From: Ranitomeya imitator
Lineage: Eukaryota
Direction: 5' to 3'
NCBI RefSeq assembly: GCF_032444005.1
Contig: NC_091289.1
Location: 5,704,001-5,768,000 of the forward strand
Length of the DNA stretch: 64,000 bases
Shown: piece after piece, positions 12,725 to 25,898 of the stretch
How positions within the stretch are numbered: the first letter of the stretch is position 1
Layout of the letters: each line of letters starts with the position of its first letter
The notes under the pieces: model-generated
Seen by the model: only the letters and a program-made list of their open reading frames with translations
Database searches by the model: none
What the model was told of the DNA's origin: nothing
Position numbers and translations under genes: made by a program

Positions 12725-14030
12725 CACAGGCACATAGGCGTTCATTGGGCAGCGCTGTCCATTCATAGGTTTATTGGGCAGCGATGTCCGTTCACAGGTG
12801 TTTATTGGGCAGCGCTGTCTGTTCATAGGTGTTTACTGGGCAGCGCTGTGCGTTCATAGGTTTATTGGGCAGCGCTGTCCGTTCATAGGTGTTTACTGGG
12901 CAGCGCTAACGTTCATAGGTGTTTACTGGGCAGCGCTGTCCGTTCAAAGGCGTTTACTGGGCAGCGCTGTCCGTTCACAGGTGTTTATTGGGCAGCGCTG
13001 TCTGTTCATAGGTGTTTATTGGGCAGCGCTGTCCGTTCATAGGTGTTTACTGGGCAGTGCTGTCCGTTCATAGGTGTTTATTGGGCAGTGCTGTCCGTTC
13101 ATAGGTGTTTATTGGGCAGTGCTGTCCGTTCATAGGTGTTTACTGGGCAGTGCTGTCCGTTCATAGGTGTTTATTGGGCAGTGCTGTCCGTTCACAGGTG
13201 TTTATTGGGCAGCGCTGTCCGTTCATAGGTGTTTACTGGGCAGCGCTGTCCGTTCATAGGTGTTTACTGGGCAGTGCTGTCCGTTCATAGGTGTTTATTG
13301 GGCAGTGCTGTCCGTTCATAGGTGTTTATTGGGCAGTGCTGTCCGTTCATAGGTGTTTATTGGGCAGTGCTGTCCGTTCATAGGTGTTTATTGGGCAGCG
13401 CTGTCCGTTCATAGGTGTTTACTGGGAAGCGCTGTCCGTTCATAGGCGTTTACTGGGCAGCGCTGTCCGTTCACAAGTGTTTATTGGGCAGCACTGTCTG
13501 TTTATAGGTGTTTACTGGGCAGTGCTGTCCGTTCATAGGTGTTTATTGAGCAGCGCTGTCCATTCATAGGTGTTTATTGAGCAGCGCTGTCCGTTCATAG
13601 GTGTTTATTGAGCAGCGCTGTCCGTTCATAGGTGTTTACTGGGTAGAGCTGTCTGTTCATAGGCGTTTATTGGGCAGCGCTGTCTGTTCATAGGCGTTTA
13701 TTGGGCAGCGCTGTCTGTTCATAGGTGTTTATTGGGCAGCGCTGTCCATTCATGGGTGTTTATTGGGCAGCGCTGGCCGTTCATAGGTGTTTATTGGGCA
13801 GCGCTGTCCGTTCATAGGTGTTTATTGGGCAGCGCTGGCCGTTCATAGGTGTTTATTGAGCAGCGCTGTCCGTTCATAGGTGTTTATTGGGCAGCGCTGT
13901 CCGTTCATAGGTGTTTATTGGGCAGCGCTGGCGGTTCATAGGTGTTTATTGGGCAGCGCTGGCCGTTCATAGGTGTTTATTGGGCAGCGCTGTCCGTTCA
14001 TAGGTGTTTATTGGGCAGCGCTGGCCGTTG
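12725..14030. repeat. 31-bp minisatellite (about 42 copies)
   Basis: Unit GGGCAGCGCTGTCCGTTCATAGGTGTTTATT. Confidence 0.95.
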
Positions 14031-15224
14031 AGCACATGGCCATGGCCAGGAACGTGCACCTCATCTCATCTATTTTATACGCAGCGAGTCATGCAATATT
14101 TATTTTTATTGTATGAAGGAGGCGTCGCTGAGCTGCAAATGTGGCAGAAAGATCCTTGTTGTCACGTATTCAGCCTCCTTCTACATTTTCATTGTTGGTT
14201 AAATCTGGTGCTGGAAAAGCTGGGTGGTAACCAAACCAAGCACCATCACTGTGTCCTGGTGCAAGTAACAGTATCCGCACCAGATCTCCTGGATCGTGAA
14301 GTGACAAATCTTCAGATGTCGCTTCAATGTTTTCCCCACTTCTGTATTATTGATTGACAAGAATGAGTGCTGTACAGGATTCTGAGAAAGCTGGATCCCG
14401 TCCAAACCATATGTGATCCCTGATAGCATCTCTGTTGTATTACTCAGCTTTCCCAGAAAAAGGAACCAAGAACTAGAGCGGAGAGATGATGTCCAGCGCT
14501 GAAGCTGTCAGGCTTGTTGTGTTAGTAGTCACCCAACTTTCCCAGGAGCTGATAGGACAGATAGAACTGTGACAAAGTCTCTTCCGGATTCTTCCCACCC
14601 TGATTCCCTAGACCCTCTGTACACACACATAGGAAAAGACCCGTCCGGCAGGGGATTGGGGCGGGAGAAACCGGGAGAGGCATGTTACCGGAGACGCACG
14701 GTCCCTGGACCGATATTCAAACTTTGTTCTTCTGACACCGCGGGGTTTACAGTAAAACAATCACGGCTGCAACAATGTGACCAGTGATTCCTGCTGTTCG
14801 CGGACCGGGCTGCATGAATCGAATTCTCTTCCAGGATCTGTTCACATTGAGAATTTAGAGCAGAAACCCTCCAAATCTTTCTCAGAACTTGGAGGTTTGA
14901 GTTTTTCACAATGATTCGGAAACTTCCTGCTCAATTTCTGCTCCAAAATCTGTGTGAACACGACTGTAATGTCCGGGCGCGCAGAGTTCTGCTGACTGAT
15001 GGGTGCTGGGCGTCAGAGCCCACTCATCTGTCACTGATGACCCATCATATGGAAAGTTCTAAGCAGTGGAAAACCCCCTTTAGGTTGGATTTATCTGTGC
15101 ACTGCAGTCGGAGTACAGAGCACGATGTGCGGAGCGACCGGGGGGCTCCTATCCAGAATATGAGGCTGCAGAGCTTAGGTCAGGAGACCCATGGCCGAAC
15201 CACACAGACCCTGACACTTATCTG

Positions 15225-16985
15225 CTGGGGTCTGCACGCTGAGCTCTGGGGTCTGTGCGCTGAGCTCTGGGGTCTGCATGCTGAGCTCCGCTCTGGGGTC
15301 TGCGCGCTGAGCTCCGCTCTGGGGTCTGCGCGCTGAGCTCCGCTCTGGGGTCTGCGCGCTGAGCTCCGCTCTGGGGTCTGCGCGCTGAGCTCCGCTCTGG
15401 GGTCTGCGCGCTGAGCTCCGCTCTGGGGTCTGCGCGCTGAGCTCCGCTCTGGGGTCTGCGCGCTGAGCTCCGCTCTGGGGTCTGCGCGCTGAGCTCCGCT
15501 CTGGGATCTGCGCGCTGAGCTCCGCTCTGGGGTCTGCGCGCTGAGCTCCGCTCTGGGGTCCGTGCGCTGAGCTCCGCTCTGGGGTCCGCGCGCTGAGCTC
15601 CGCTCTGGGGTCCGCGCGCTGAGCTCCGCTCTGGGGTCTGTGCGCTGAGCTCCGCTCTGGGGTCCACGCTCTGGGGTCCGCATGCTGAGCTCTGCTCTTG
15701 GGTCTGTGAGCTGCGTTCTGCTCTAGGGTCCACGTGCTGAGCTCTGCTCTGGAGTCTGCGCTGAGCTCTGGGGTCCACGCGCTGGGGTCTGCATGCTGAG
15801 CTCTGCTCTAAGGTCCACGTGCTGAGCTCTGCTCTGGAGTCTGTGCACTGAGCTCTGGGGTCCACGTGCTGAGCTCTGCTCTGGAGTCTGTGCACTGAGC
15901 TCTGGGGTCCGCGTGCTGAGCTCTGCTCTGGAGTCTGTGCACTGAGCTCTGGGGTCCACATGCTGAGCTCTGCTCTGGAGTCTGTGCACTGAGCTCTGGG
16001 GTCCGCGTGCTGAGCTCTGCTCTGGAGTCTGTGCACTGAGCTCTGGGGTCCGCGTGCTGAGCTCTGCTCTGGAGTCTGTGCACTGAGCTCTGGGGTCCGC
16101 GTGCTGAGCTCTGCTCTGGAGTCTGTGCGCTGAGCTCTAGGGTCCGCGTGCTGAGCTCTGCTCTGGAGTCTGTGCGCTGAGCTCTAGGGTCCGCGTGCTG
16201 AGCTCTGCTCTGGAGTCTGTGTACTGAGCTCTGGGGTCCGCGTGGTGAGCTCTGCTCTGGATTCTGTGCGCTGAGCTCTGCTCTGGAGTCTGTGTACTGA
16301 GCTCTGGGGTCCGCGTGCTGAGCTCTGGGGTCTGCGTGCTGAGCTTTGCTCTGGAGTCTGTGCACTGAGCTTTGGGGTCCGCGTGTTGAGCTCTGCTCTA
16401 GAGTCTGTGCACTGAGCTCTGGGGTCCGCGTGCTGAGCTCTGCTCTGGAGTCTGTGCACTGCGCTCTGGGGTCCGCGTGCTGAGCTTTGCTCTGGAGTCT
16501 GTGCACTGAGCTCTGGGGTCTGCGTGCTGAGCTCCGCTCTGGGGTCCGCGTGCTGAGCTTTGCTCTGGAGTCTGTGCACTGAGCTCTGGGGTCTGCGTGC
16601 TGAGCTCTGCTCTGGAGTCTGTACGCTGAGCTCTGGGGTCCGCGTGCTGAGCTCTGCTCTGGAGTCTGTGCGCTGAGCTCTGGGGTCCGCATGCTGAGCT
16701 CTGCTCTGGGGTCCACAATCTGAGCTCCGCTCTGGGGTCTACCTGCTGAGCTCCGCGCGCTGAGCTCTGCTCTGGAGTCTGTGCGCTGAGCTCTGGGGTC
16801 CGCATGCTGAGCTCTGCTCTGGGGTCCACAATCTGAGCTCCGCTCTGGGGTCTGCCTGCTGAGCTCCGCTCTGGGGTCCACACGCTGGGGTCCGCGCGCT
16901 GAGCTCCGCTCTGGGGTCCGCACGCTGAGCTCCGCTGGGATCTGTGTACTGAGCTCTGGGGTCCACACGCTGAGCTCTGGGGTCT
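15225..16985. repeat. GC-rich minisatellite, 26-bp unit grading into a 47-bp (26+21) higher-order unit
   Basis: GCTGAGCTCCGCTCTGGGGTCTGCGC repeats, then GCTGAGCTCTGCTCTGGAGTCTGTGCACTGAGCTCTGGGGTCCGCGT repeats. Confidence 0.95.
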
Positions 16986-17249
16986 CCTGCAGAGTCGAGT
17001 ATCTTTGGTCTTCGACTCTTCTGCCATGTCTTTCTGTTCGCTGCACTGACCGTGGTCGGGGCACAGAATGTTATATTGCTGCGTCACTGGTGTGAACAGG
17101 CGACGATCCGCAGTACAAACCCATGACATCACTAAGCCGCCGTGTACACAGGAGGAGTCAGACAGGACTCAGGAGCCGCTCACATGTCACCTGCGTCATC
17201 ATCACACTCCGATCTAATGCAATGTATCACATCCCAGCGTTAAAGGGAC

Positions 17250-19885
17250 AGCATCTAAACAGTATCACACAAGAGAGGATTAGATACACGGCTCAACAGT
17301 CAGTATCACACAGGAGAGGATTAGATACAGCTCAGCAGACATTATCACACAGGATAGGATTAGATACACAGCTCAGCAGTCAGTATCACACAGGAGAGGA
17401 TTAGATACACAGCTCAGCAGACAGTATCACACAGGAGAGGATTAGATACAGCTCAGCAGACAGTATCACACAGGATAGGATTAGATACAGCTCAGCAGAC
17501 ATTATCACACAGGAGAGGATTAGATACAGCTCAGCAGACAGTATCACACAGGATAGGATTAGATACACAGCTCAGCAGACAGTATCACACAGGAGAGGAT
17601 TAGATACACGGCTCAGCAGACAGTATCACACAGGATAGGATTAGATACACGGCTCAGCAGTCAGTATCACAGAGGATAGGATTAGATACACGGCTCAGCA
17701 GTCAATATCACACAGGATAGGATTACATACACAGCTCAGCAGACAGTATCACACAGGAGAGGATTAGATACACGGCTCAGCAGACAGTATCACACAGGAG
17801 AGGATTAGATACACGGCTCAGCAGACAGTATCACACAGGATAGAATTAGATACACAGCTCAGCAGTTTCACACAGGAGAGGATTAGATACACAGCTCAGC
17901 AGTCAATATCACACAGGATAGGATTACATACACAGCTCAGCAGACAGTATCACACAGGATAGGATTAGATACACGGCTCAGCAGACAGTATCACACAGGA
18001 GAGGATTAGATACACAGCTCAGCAGTCAGTATCACACAGGAGAGGATTAGATACACGGCTCAGCAGTCAGTATCACACAGGATAGGATTAGATACACAGC
18101 TCAGCAGACAGTATCACACAGGATAGGATTAGATACACGGCTCAGCAGACAGTATCACACAGGAGAGGATTAGATACACGGCTCAGCAGTCAGTATCACA
18201 CAGGATAGGATTAGATACAGCTCAGCAGACAGTATCACACAGGATAGGATTAGATACACAGCTCAGCAGACAGTATCACACAGGAGAGGATTAGATACAC
18301 GGCTCAGCAGACAGTATCACAGAGGATAGGATTAGATACACGGCTCAGCAGTCAATATCACACAGGATAGGATTACATACACAGCTCAGCAGACAGTATC
18401 ACACAGGAGAGGATTAGATACACGGCTCAGCAGACAGTATCACACAGGAGAGGATTAGATACACGGCTCAGCAGACAGTATCACACAGGAGAGGATTAGA
18501 TACACAGCTCAGCAGTCAGTATCACACAGGAGAGGATTAGATACACGGCTCAGCAGTCAGTATCACACAGGATAGGATTAGATACACAGCTCAGCAGACA
18601 GTATCACACAGGATAGGATTAGATACACGGCTCAGCAGACAGTATCACACAGGAGAGGATTAGATACACGGCTCAGCAGTCAGTATCACACAGGATAGGA
18701 TTAGATACAGCTCAGCAGACAGTATCACACAGGATAGGATTAGATACACAGCTCAGCAGACAGTATCACACAGGAGAGGATTAGATACACGGCTCAGCAG
18801 ACAGTATCACAGAGGATAGGATTAGATACACGGCTCAGCAGTCAATATCACACAGGATAGGATTACATACACAGCTCAGCAGACAGTATCACACAGGAGA
18901 GGATTAGATACACGGCTCAGCAGACAGTATCACACAGGAGAGGATTAGATACACGGCTCAGCAGACAGTATCACACAGGAGAGGATTAGATACACAGCTC
19001 AGCAGTCAGTATCACACAGGAGAGGATTAGATACACGGCTCAGCAGTCAGTATCACACAGGATAGGATTAGATACACAGCTCAGCAGACAGTATCACACA
19101 GGATAGGATTAGATACACGGCTCAGCAGACAGTATCACACAGGAGAGGATTAGATACACGGCTCAGCAGTCAGTATCACACAGGATAGGATTAGATACAC
19201 AGCTCAGGAGACAGTATCACACAGGATAGGATTAGATACACGGCTCAGCAGTCAGTATCACACAGGATAGGATTAGATACACGGCTCAGCAGTCAGTATC
19301 ACAATCACACTGGATAGGATTAGATACACAGCTCAGCAGACAGTATCACACAGGAGAGGATTAGATACACAGCTCAGCAGTCAGTATCACACAGGATAGG
19401 ATTAGATACACGGCTCAGCAGTCAGTATCACACAGGATAGGATTAGATACACGGCTCAGCAGTCAGTATCACACAGGAGAGGATTAGATACACGGCTCAG
19501 CTCAGTATCACACAGGAGAGGATTAGATACACAGCTCAGCAGACAGTATCACACAGGAGAGGATTAGATACACGACTCAGCTCAGTATCACACAGGAGAG
19601 GATTAGATACACAGCTCAGCAGACAGTATCACACAGGAGAGGATGAGATACACGGCTCAGCAGTCAGTATCACACAGGAGAGGATTAGATACATGGCTCA
19701 GCAGTCAGTATCACACAGGAGAGGATGAGATACACGGCTCAGCAGACAGTATCACACAGGAGAGGATTAGATACACGGCTCAGCAGACAGTATCACACAG
19801 GAGAGGATTAGATACACGGCTCAGCAGACAGTATCACACAGGAGAGGATTAGATACACGGCTCAGCAGTCAGTACCACACAGGAT
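17250..19885. repeat. 41-bp satellite (about 64 copies)
   Basis: Unit GTATCACACAGGAGAGGATTAGATACACGGCTCAGCAGACA. Confidence 0.95.
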
Positions 19886-19889
19886 AGGA

Positions 19890-20300
19890 TTAGATACACG
19901 GCTGCTCTCCCGGTGACTCTTGCAGGGAGACTCCGTCCGGTCATCGGATTATTATGCTCTTACACTCGGGGGCGTGGTCTGGATGTTTCTGTCTCGGGGT
20001 CACGTGCTTCTGTTTACAAGTCTGTGCTGTGAGTGGCTGACATGACAGCTGCATCAGGCACCGCCCATTGTGATCACACGTGACCACAGGCTGCAGCCAC
20101 TCACAGGACGGCCCGTGGTCACATGACTCGGGTTACTTCATGGTCCGCACTTCGGGCGCCGGAGTTTCCGGTCCCGGGATGGGGGAGTGTCCGGTGTATC
20201 ACGAGCGGCAGCGGCTGGAGCTGTGCGCGATCCACGCGCTGAACAACCTGCTGCAGAGGGCGGAGGTCACACAACACCGGGCCGAGGAGATCTGCTGGGG
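19890..20300 (+). promoter_or_regulatory. CpG-rich JOSD2 promoter/5' region with a GC box and E-box/CLEAR-like motifs
   Basis: CpG-dense. GGGGGCGTGG near 19968, GTCACGTG near 19999, CACGTGAC near 20077, GTCACATGAC near 20118. Lies directly upstream of the JOSD2 ATG. Confidence 0.6.
20179..20300 (+). CDS. JOSD2: Josephin-2 deubiquitinase, coding exon 1 (alternative in-frame ATG at 20140)
   Basis: MGECPVYHERQRLELCAIHALNNLLQ... carries the catalytic Cys in the Josephin motif. RLELC and NPHRSxLGTGNYD are JOSD2-type rather than JOSD1-type. Donor GG|gtgaga, phase 2. Confidence 0.92.
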
Positions 20301-20319
20301 GTGAGAGACACCGACCGGG

Positions 20320-23300
20320 AGAAAAGGGAGAGAAGAGAGGGAGCGGGGAGGAAAGAGAGGAAGCAGGGAGGGAAGAGAGAGGGAGCGGGGAGGGAAGAGA
20401 GGAAGCGGGGAGGGAAGAGAGAGGGAGCAGGGAGGGAGCGGGGAGGAAAGGGAGGGAGCAGGGAGGGAAGAGAGAGGGAGCGGGGAGGAAAGAGAGGAAG
20501 CAGGGAGGGAAGAGAGAGGGAGCGGGGAGGGAAGAGAGGAAGCAGGGAGGGAAGAGAGAGGGAGCGGGGAGGAAAGGGAGGGAGCGGGGAGGAAAGGGAG
20601 GGAGCAGGGAGGGAAGAGAGGAAGCAGGGAGGGAAGAGAGAGAGGGAGCGGGGAGGGAAGAGAGGGAGCGGGGAGGGAAGAGAGGAAGCAGGGAGGGAAG
20701 AGAGAGGGAGCGGGGAGGAAAGAGAGGAAGCAGGGAGGGAAGAGAGAGGGAGCGGGGAGGAAAGAGGAAGCAGGGAGGGAAGAGAGGAAGCAGGGAGGGA
20801 AGAGAGGAAGCAGGGAGGGAAGAGAGAGGGAGCGGGGAGGAAAGGGAGGGAGCAGGGAGGGAAGAGAGGAAGCAGGGAGGAAAGAGAGGAAGCAGGGAGG
20901 GAAGAGAGAGAGGGAGGGGAGAGGGAGCAGGGAGGGAAGAGAGGAAGCAGGGAGGGAAGAGAGGAAGCAGGGAGGGAAGAGAGAGTGAGCAGGGAGGGAA
21001 GAGAGGATGCAGGGAGGGAAGAGGATGCAGGGAGGGAAGAGAGGAAGCAGGGAGGGAAGAGAGAGAGGGAGCGGGGAGGAAAGAGAGGAAGCAGGGAGGG
21101 AAGAGAGAGAGGGAGCAGGGAGGGAAGAGGGAGCAGGGAGGGAAGAGAGGAAGCAGGGAGGGAAGAGAGGGAGCAGAGAGTGAGCAGGGAGGGAAGAGAG
21201 AGAGGGAGCAGGGAGGGAATAGGAAGCAGGGAGGGAAGAGAGGGAGGGAAGAGGGAGCTGGGAGGGAAGAGAGATTGGGAGCGGGGAGGGAAGAGAGGAA
21301 GCGGGGAGGGAAGAGAGGAAGCGGGGAGGGAAGAGAGGGAGCGGGGAGGGAAGAGAGGGAGGGAAGAGAGGGAGCGGGAAGGGAAGAGAGGAAGCGGGAA
21401 GGAGGGAGGGAAGAGAGGGAGCGGGGAGGGAAGAGAGGGAGCAGGGAGGGAAGAGAGGAAGCAGGGAGGGAAGAGAGGGGGAGGGAAGAGAGGAAGCGGG
21501 GAGGAGGGAGGGAAGAGAGGGAGGGAAGAGAGAGGGAGCAGGGAGGGAAGAGAGGAAGCAGGGAGGTGAGAGAGGAAGCAGGGAGGTGAGAGGAAGCGGG
21601 GAGGAGGGAGGGAAGAGAGGGAGCAGAGAGGAGGGAGGGAAGAGAGGGAGCGGGGAGGGAAGAGAGAGGGAGCGGGGAGGAAAGAGGAAGCAGGGAGGAT
21701 TGAGGGAAGAGAGAGAGGGAGCGAAGAGAGGAAGCAGGGAGGAGGGAGGGAAGAGAGGGAGCGGGGAGGGAAGAGAGGAAGCGGGGAGGGAAGAAAGGGA
21801 GCGGGGAGGGAAGAGAGGGAGCAGGGAGGGAAGAGAGGGAGCAGGGAGGGAAGAGAGGAAGCAGAGAGGGAAGAGAGGAAGTGGGGAGGAGGCAGGGAGG
21901 GGAGAGAGGAAGCAGGGAGGGGAGAGAGGAAGCAGGGAGGGGAGAGAGGAAGCAGAGAGGGGAGAGAGGAAGCAGAGAGGGGAGAGAGGAAGCAGAGGGG
22001 AGAGAGGAAGCAGAGAGGGAAGAGAGCGGGGAGGGAAGAGAGGAAGCGGGGAGGAGGCAGGGAGGGGAGAGAGGGAGCAGGGAGGGGAGAGAGGGAGCAG
22101 GGAGGGGAGAGAGGGAGCAGGGAGGGGAGAGAGGGAGCAGGGAGGGAAGAGAGGAAGCAGGGAGGGAAGAGAGGGAGCATGGAGGAAAGAGAGGAAGCAG
22201 GGAGGGAAGAGAGGAAGCAGGGAGGTGAGAGGGAGGGAAGACAGGGAGCAGGGAGGGGAGACAGGAAGCAGGGAGGGAAGAGAGGGAGCAGGGAGGGAAG
22301 AGGTAGCAGGGAGGAAAGAGGAAGCAGGGAGGGATGAGAGGGAGCAGGGAGGGAAGAGAGGAAGCAGAGAGGGAAGAGAGGGAGCAGGGAGGGAAGAGAG
22401 GGAGCAGGGAGGGAAGAGAGGAAGCAGAGAGGGAGCAGGGAGGGAAGAGAGGGAGCAGGGAGGGAAGAGAGGGAGGAAAGAGGAAGCAGGGGGGAGCAGC
22501 GAGGGGAGAGAGGAAGCAGGGAGGGGAGAGGAAGCTTGGAGGAAAGAGAGGGAGCAGGGAGGAAAGAGGGAGCAGGGAGGGATGAGAGGGAGGGAAGAGA
22601 GGGAGCAGGGAGGGGAGATAGGAAGCAGGGAGGAAAGAGCGAGCATGGAGGAAAGAGGAAGCAAGGAGGGAAGAGAGGGAGCAGGGAGGAAATAGGGAGA
22701 GGGAGGGAAGAGAGGGAGCAGGGAGGGAAGAGGGAGCAGGGAGGGAAGAGAGAGCAGGGAGGGAAGAGAGAGCAGGGAGGGGAGACAGGAAGCAGGGAGG
22801 GAAGAGAGGAAGCAGGGAGGGGAGAGAGGAAGCAGGGAGGAAAGAGGGAGAGGGAGGGAAGAGAGGAAGCAGGGGGGAAGAGAAGGAGGGAAGAGAGAGC
22901 AGCGAGGGGAGAGAGGAAGCAGGGAGGGAGCAGGGAGGGGAGATAGGAAGCAGGGAGGAAAGAGAGGGAGCATGGAGGAAAGAGGGAGCAGGGAGGGAAG
23001 AGAGGAAGCAGCGAGGGGGAGAGGGAGCAGGGAGGAAAGAGGGAGCAGGGAGGAAAGAGGGAGCAGGGAGGAAAGAGGGAGCAGGGAGGAAAGAGGGAGC
23101 AGGGAGGAAAGAGGGAGCAGGGAGGAAAGAGGGAGCAGGGAGGAAAGCGGGAGCAGGGAGGGAAGAGGAAGCAGGGGGGAAGAGAGGGAGGGGAGAGAGG
23201 AAGCAGGGAGGAAAGAGAGGGAGCATGGAGGAAAGAGGAAGCAGGGAGGGAGGGAAGAGAGGAAGCAGGGGGGAAGAGAGAGAGCAGGGAGGGGAGACAG

Positions 23301-24000
23301 GAAGTAGGGAGTGAAGAGAGGAAGCTGGGAGGAAAGAGAGGGAGGGGAGAGAGGAAGCAGGGAGGAAAGAGGGAGAGGGAGGGAAGAGAGGAAGCAGGGG
23401 GGAAGAGAGGGAGCAGGGAGGGAAGAGAGAGCAGGGAGGGAAGAGAGGAAGCAGGGAGGGGAGACAGGAAGCAGGGAGGAAAGAGAGGGAGGGAGGGGAG
23501 GGAGGAATCAGGGAGGGAAGAGAGGAATCAGGGAGGGAAGAGAGGAAGCAGGAAGGGAAGAGAGGGAGCAGGGAGGGAAGAGAGGAAGCAGAGGGAGCAG
23601 GGAGGGAAGAGAGGAAGCAGAGAGAGGGAGGAAAGAGGAAGCAGAGAGGGAAGAGATGGAGCAGGGAGGGAAGAGAGGGAGCAGGGAGGAAAGAGGGAGA
23701 GAGCAGGGAGGGAAGAGGAAGCAGGGAGAGAAGAGAGGGAGCAGGTAGGGGAGAGAGGGAGCAGGTAGGGAAGAGGGAGCAGGGAGGGGAGAGAGGGAGC
23801 AGAGGGAATAAGGAGGGAGATAGAGCAGGGAGGAAAGAAAGAGGGAGAGAGCAGGGAGGAAAGGAAGCACGGAGGGGAAAGAGCTGGGAGGTAAGAGACA
23901 GAGAGAGCAGGGAGGGGAGAGAGAGCAGGGAAGAGAGAGCAGAGGGGGGTGGGGGGAGAGAGGGAGCAGGGAAGGAAGAGAGAGCAGGGAGGGGAGGGCA
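20320..24000 (+). repeat. 3.7-kb polypurine (GA-rich) degenerate minisatellite filling JOSD2 intron 1
   Basis: GGGAGGGAAGAGAGGAAGCA-like units. The sense strand is nearly devoid of T. Confidence 0.95.
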
Positions 24001-24055
24001 GCGGCTGTTGGACGTTTCGGATTAGACCGCTGGGTTATTTGCCTTTTATTTCCAG

Positions 24056-24181
24056 GTTGTCTCCGAATTCGGTGATAAATCCGCATCGCAGTTTCCTCGG
24101 CACCGGTAACTATGACGTCAATGTCATCATGGCGGCGCTGCAGACTCTGGACTACGCTGCCGTGTGGTGGGATAAGAGAAG
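24056..24181 (+). CDS. JOSD2: Josephin-2, coding exon 2 (126 nt)
   Basis: ttttatttccag|G TTG TCT...: [42 protein letters not shown]. Donor AG|gtgatg. Confidence 0.95.
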
Positions 24182-24283
24182 GTGATGACGACCCCTGACC
24201 TTAGAGATCTGTATTCATGGCAGATTCTGGGCGGGCCTGTGCCGGCCCCTGAGGATCTCTAAGCTCCGCCTCTTCCCCTGCAG

Positions 24284-24478
24284 GTCTCTGGACACTTTGG
24301 CCTTGAGTGAAATCTTCGGCTTCATCCTGAACATCCCGTCGCCCATCTCCCTGGGGTTCTTCTCTCTCCCGATCACCCGCAAACACTGGATCGCTGTGCG
24401 CCAGATCGGCGGCATCTACTACAACCTGGACTCCAAGCTGAAGTCTCCGGTGCGGCTCGGGGGCCCCCGGGAGCTGAG
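24284..24478 (+). CDS. JOSD2: Josephin-2, coding exon 3 (195 nt)
   Basis: cccctgcag|G TCT...: includes RKHWIAVRQ (catalytic His) and YYNLDSK (catalytic Asp). Donor AG|gtgagt. Confidence 0.95.
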
Positions 24479-24893
24479 GTGAGTGATGGCCGCCTCCAGG
24501 GGACGTGCAGGCGGGGGCTTTTCCTGGAGAATGCCACAAGCCCCTTCCCCCGACTACTGTAATTTAGAGGCCAGCACCCTCTGCTGCCGGAGGTGGAGCT
24601 CCCTTTACGTGACGTTTGTGATGATATTGTGGCCCCCGAGGGCCGGTGTGAGTGTGTGGTTGATAGTTGGATGCTCCTCCGGAGCTGTAGTTGTAATTCT
24701 GCCGTCCTGTCGCCTCTAATTCTGCTGCTCTCTATAACTTCACTATAATGTATGTGACCCCTGCGGGGTGATGGGGCGATCTCCATGGCTCCGCCCCATT
24801 GTCACTTATTCCCTGTGAGCAGCAGATGGCGCTGCTGTAATGACAGTATATAGCGGCCTCGTTCATTGGACGTTTAACCCTTTCTGCCTCCAG

Positions 24894-25005
24894 GGATTTC
24901 CTGCAGGGCTGCATCTCCCGGGGAAGCTGCGAGATCCTCCTAGTCGTGACGAAGGACGTGGAGGAATCTCGGCTGTGGATGAAGGAAAGTGAAGAAACCT
25001 CATGA
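24894..25005 (+). CDS. JOSD2: Josephin-2, last coding exon; total CDS 555 nt = 184 aa
   Basis: ttctgcctccag|G GAT TTC...: DFLQGCISRGSCEILLVVTKDVEESRLWMKESEETS*. Phases are consistent across all four exons. Confidence 0.92.
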
Positions 25006-25898
25006 GCCGGACTCCGCTCTGCACCCAGAGACTTTACCACCATAACCCCGGCGGCGTCTATTTATTGGGGACCCCCCACCCCACCCCCGTCTTCCTGATC
25101 AGGTCACCTCCGCCTCATGGATGGAGTCTCCCATCATCCTGAGCCTCGAACTGATATGCACTACTCTGATGCCTTAATGCCGCTTGTTATCTTTTATTGT
25201 TTTTTTTTTTACCAGGTGCTGAATATTAATATATTACACGAACGTCGCTACTTTATGCTAATTCCATTAAAGACTTTTTATATATGAGCAGCAGACTCCG
25301 CCCCTGTATTCTGCGGCTAAACGATACGACCACGAGGCCGGGCTGTAGATTTACTTCATTCTACTTTTTCTGTGGTTGTTTAAAAAAAAAAAAAAAAAAA
25401 AAAGAATTTGGTAGAAAAAAACAAAAAAAAAAACGTGCATAAAACTGTAACTAACAAGACCTGACACCAGGTGGCGCTGTGTAGTTAAAAAAGCCTCATG
25501 TCACAGGCAGGAAGTTGTCGCCACCTGGTGACTGATGTCTTGTATCGCAGCCATAAACAAATCAATGAACGGAATATTACAAATACTTTTCTCTGAGGCA
25601 AAAAAAAAAGTTGAATATTTTATTAAAATTGTCATTTACAAGAGATTGTATAGAAGTGGATACATTTCATGGTGGAGGAGAATTAGAAATGTTCTCTCGC
25701 AACTCTAAAAAAAGAAAGGTGGTTCCGAAGTTCTTCATCCTTCATCTGTTTGTTTTTCTTTCTCCATTATGTTTTTCACACCTAGAAAAATAAAAAAATA
25801 AAAAAGTGAAGATGCGCTTCCAATTACATCGGGAGACCAGCAACGTATTGAAGAGAAAGGAACTTTTTGTTTTTAGTCTTTGCACTTAATATATTTAA

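Noticed and set aside
14170-14341. Possible minus-strand terminal exon (SGENIEATSEDL...NENVEGG*) with AATAAA about 65 nt downstream
   Set aside because: Weak polypyrimidine tract, no upstream exons identified, and the peptide is unrecognised.
15180-17132. Repetitive minus-strand ORFs with a unique-looking N-terminus (MAEESKTKDTRL)
   Set aside because: The body is minisatellite. There is no recognisable domain or consistent splice partner.
12725-19885. Regular short repeats superficially like CRISPR arrays
   Set aside because: No unique spacers, no cas genes, and the DNA is eukaryotic. These are plain tandem repeats.
20119-23748. Very long ORFs (up to 1035 aa) on both strands
   Set aside because: Low-complexity translations of the polypurine intron, which lacks T on + and so has almost no stops. 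They are not genes.
25381-25432. A-runs after JOSD2 as a retrocopy poly(A) tail
   Set aside because: JOSD2 here has all its introns and no TSD flanks the run. It is a simple A-rich 3' UTR tract.
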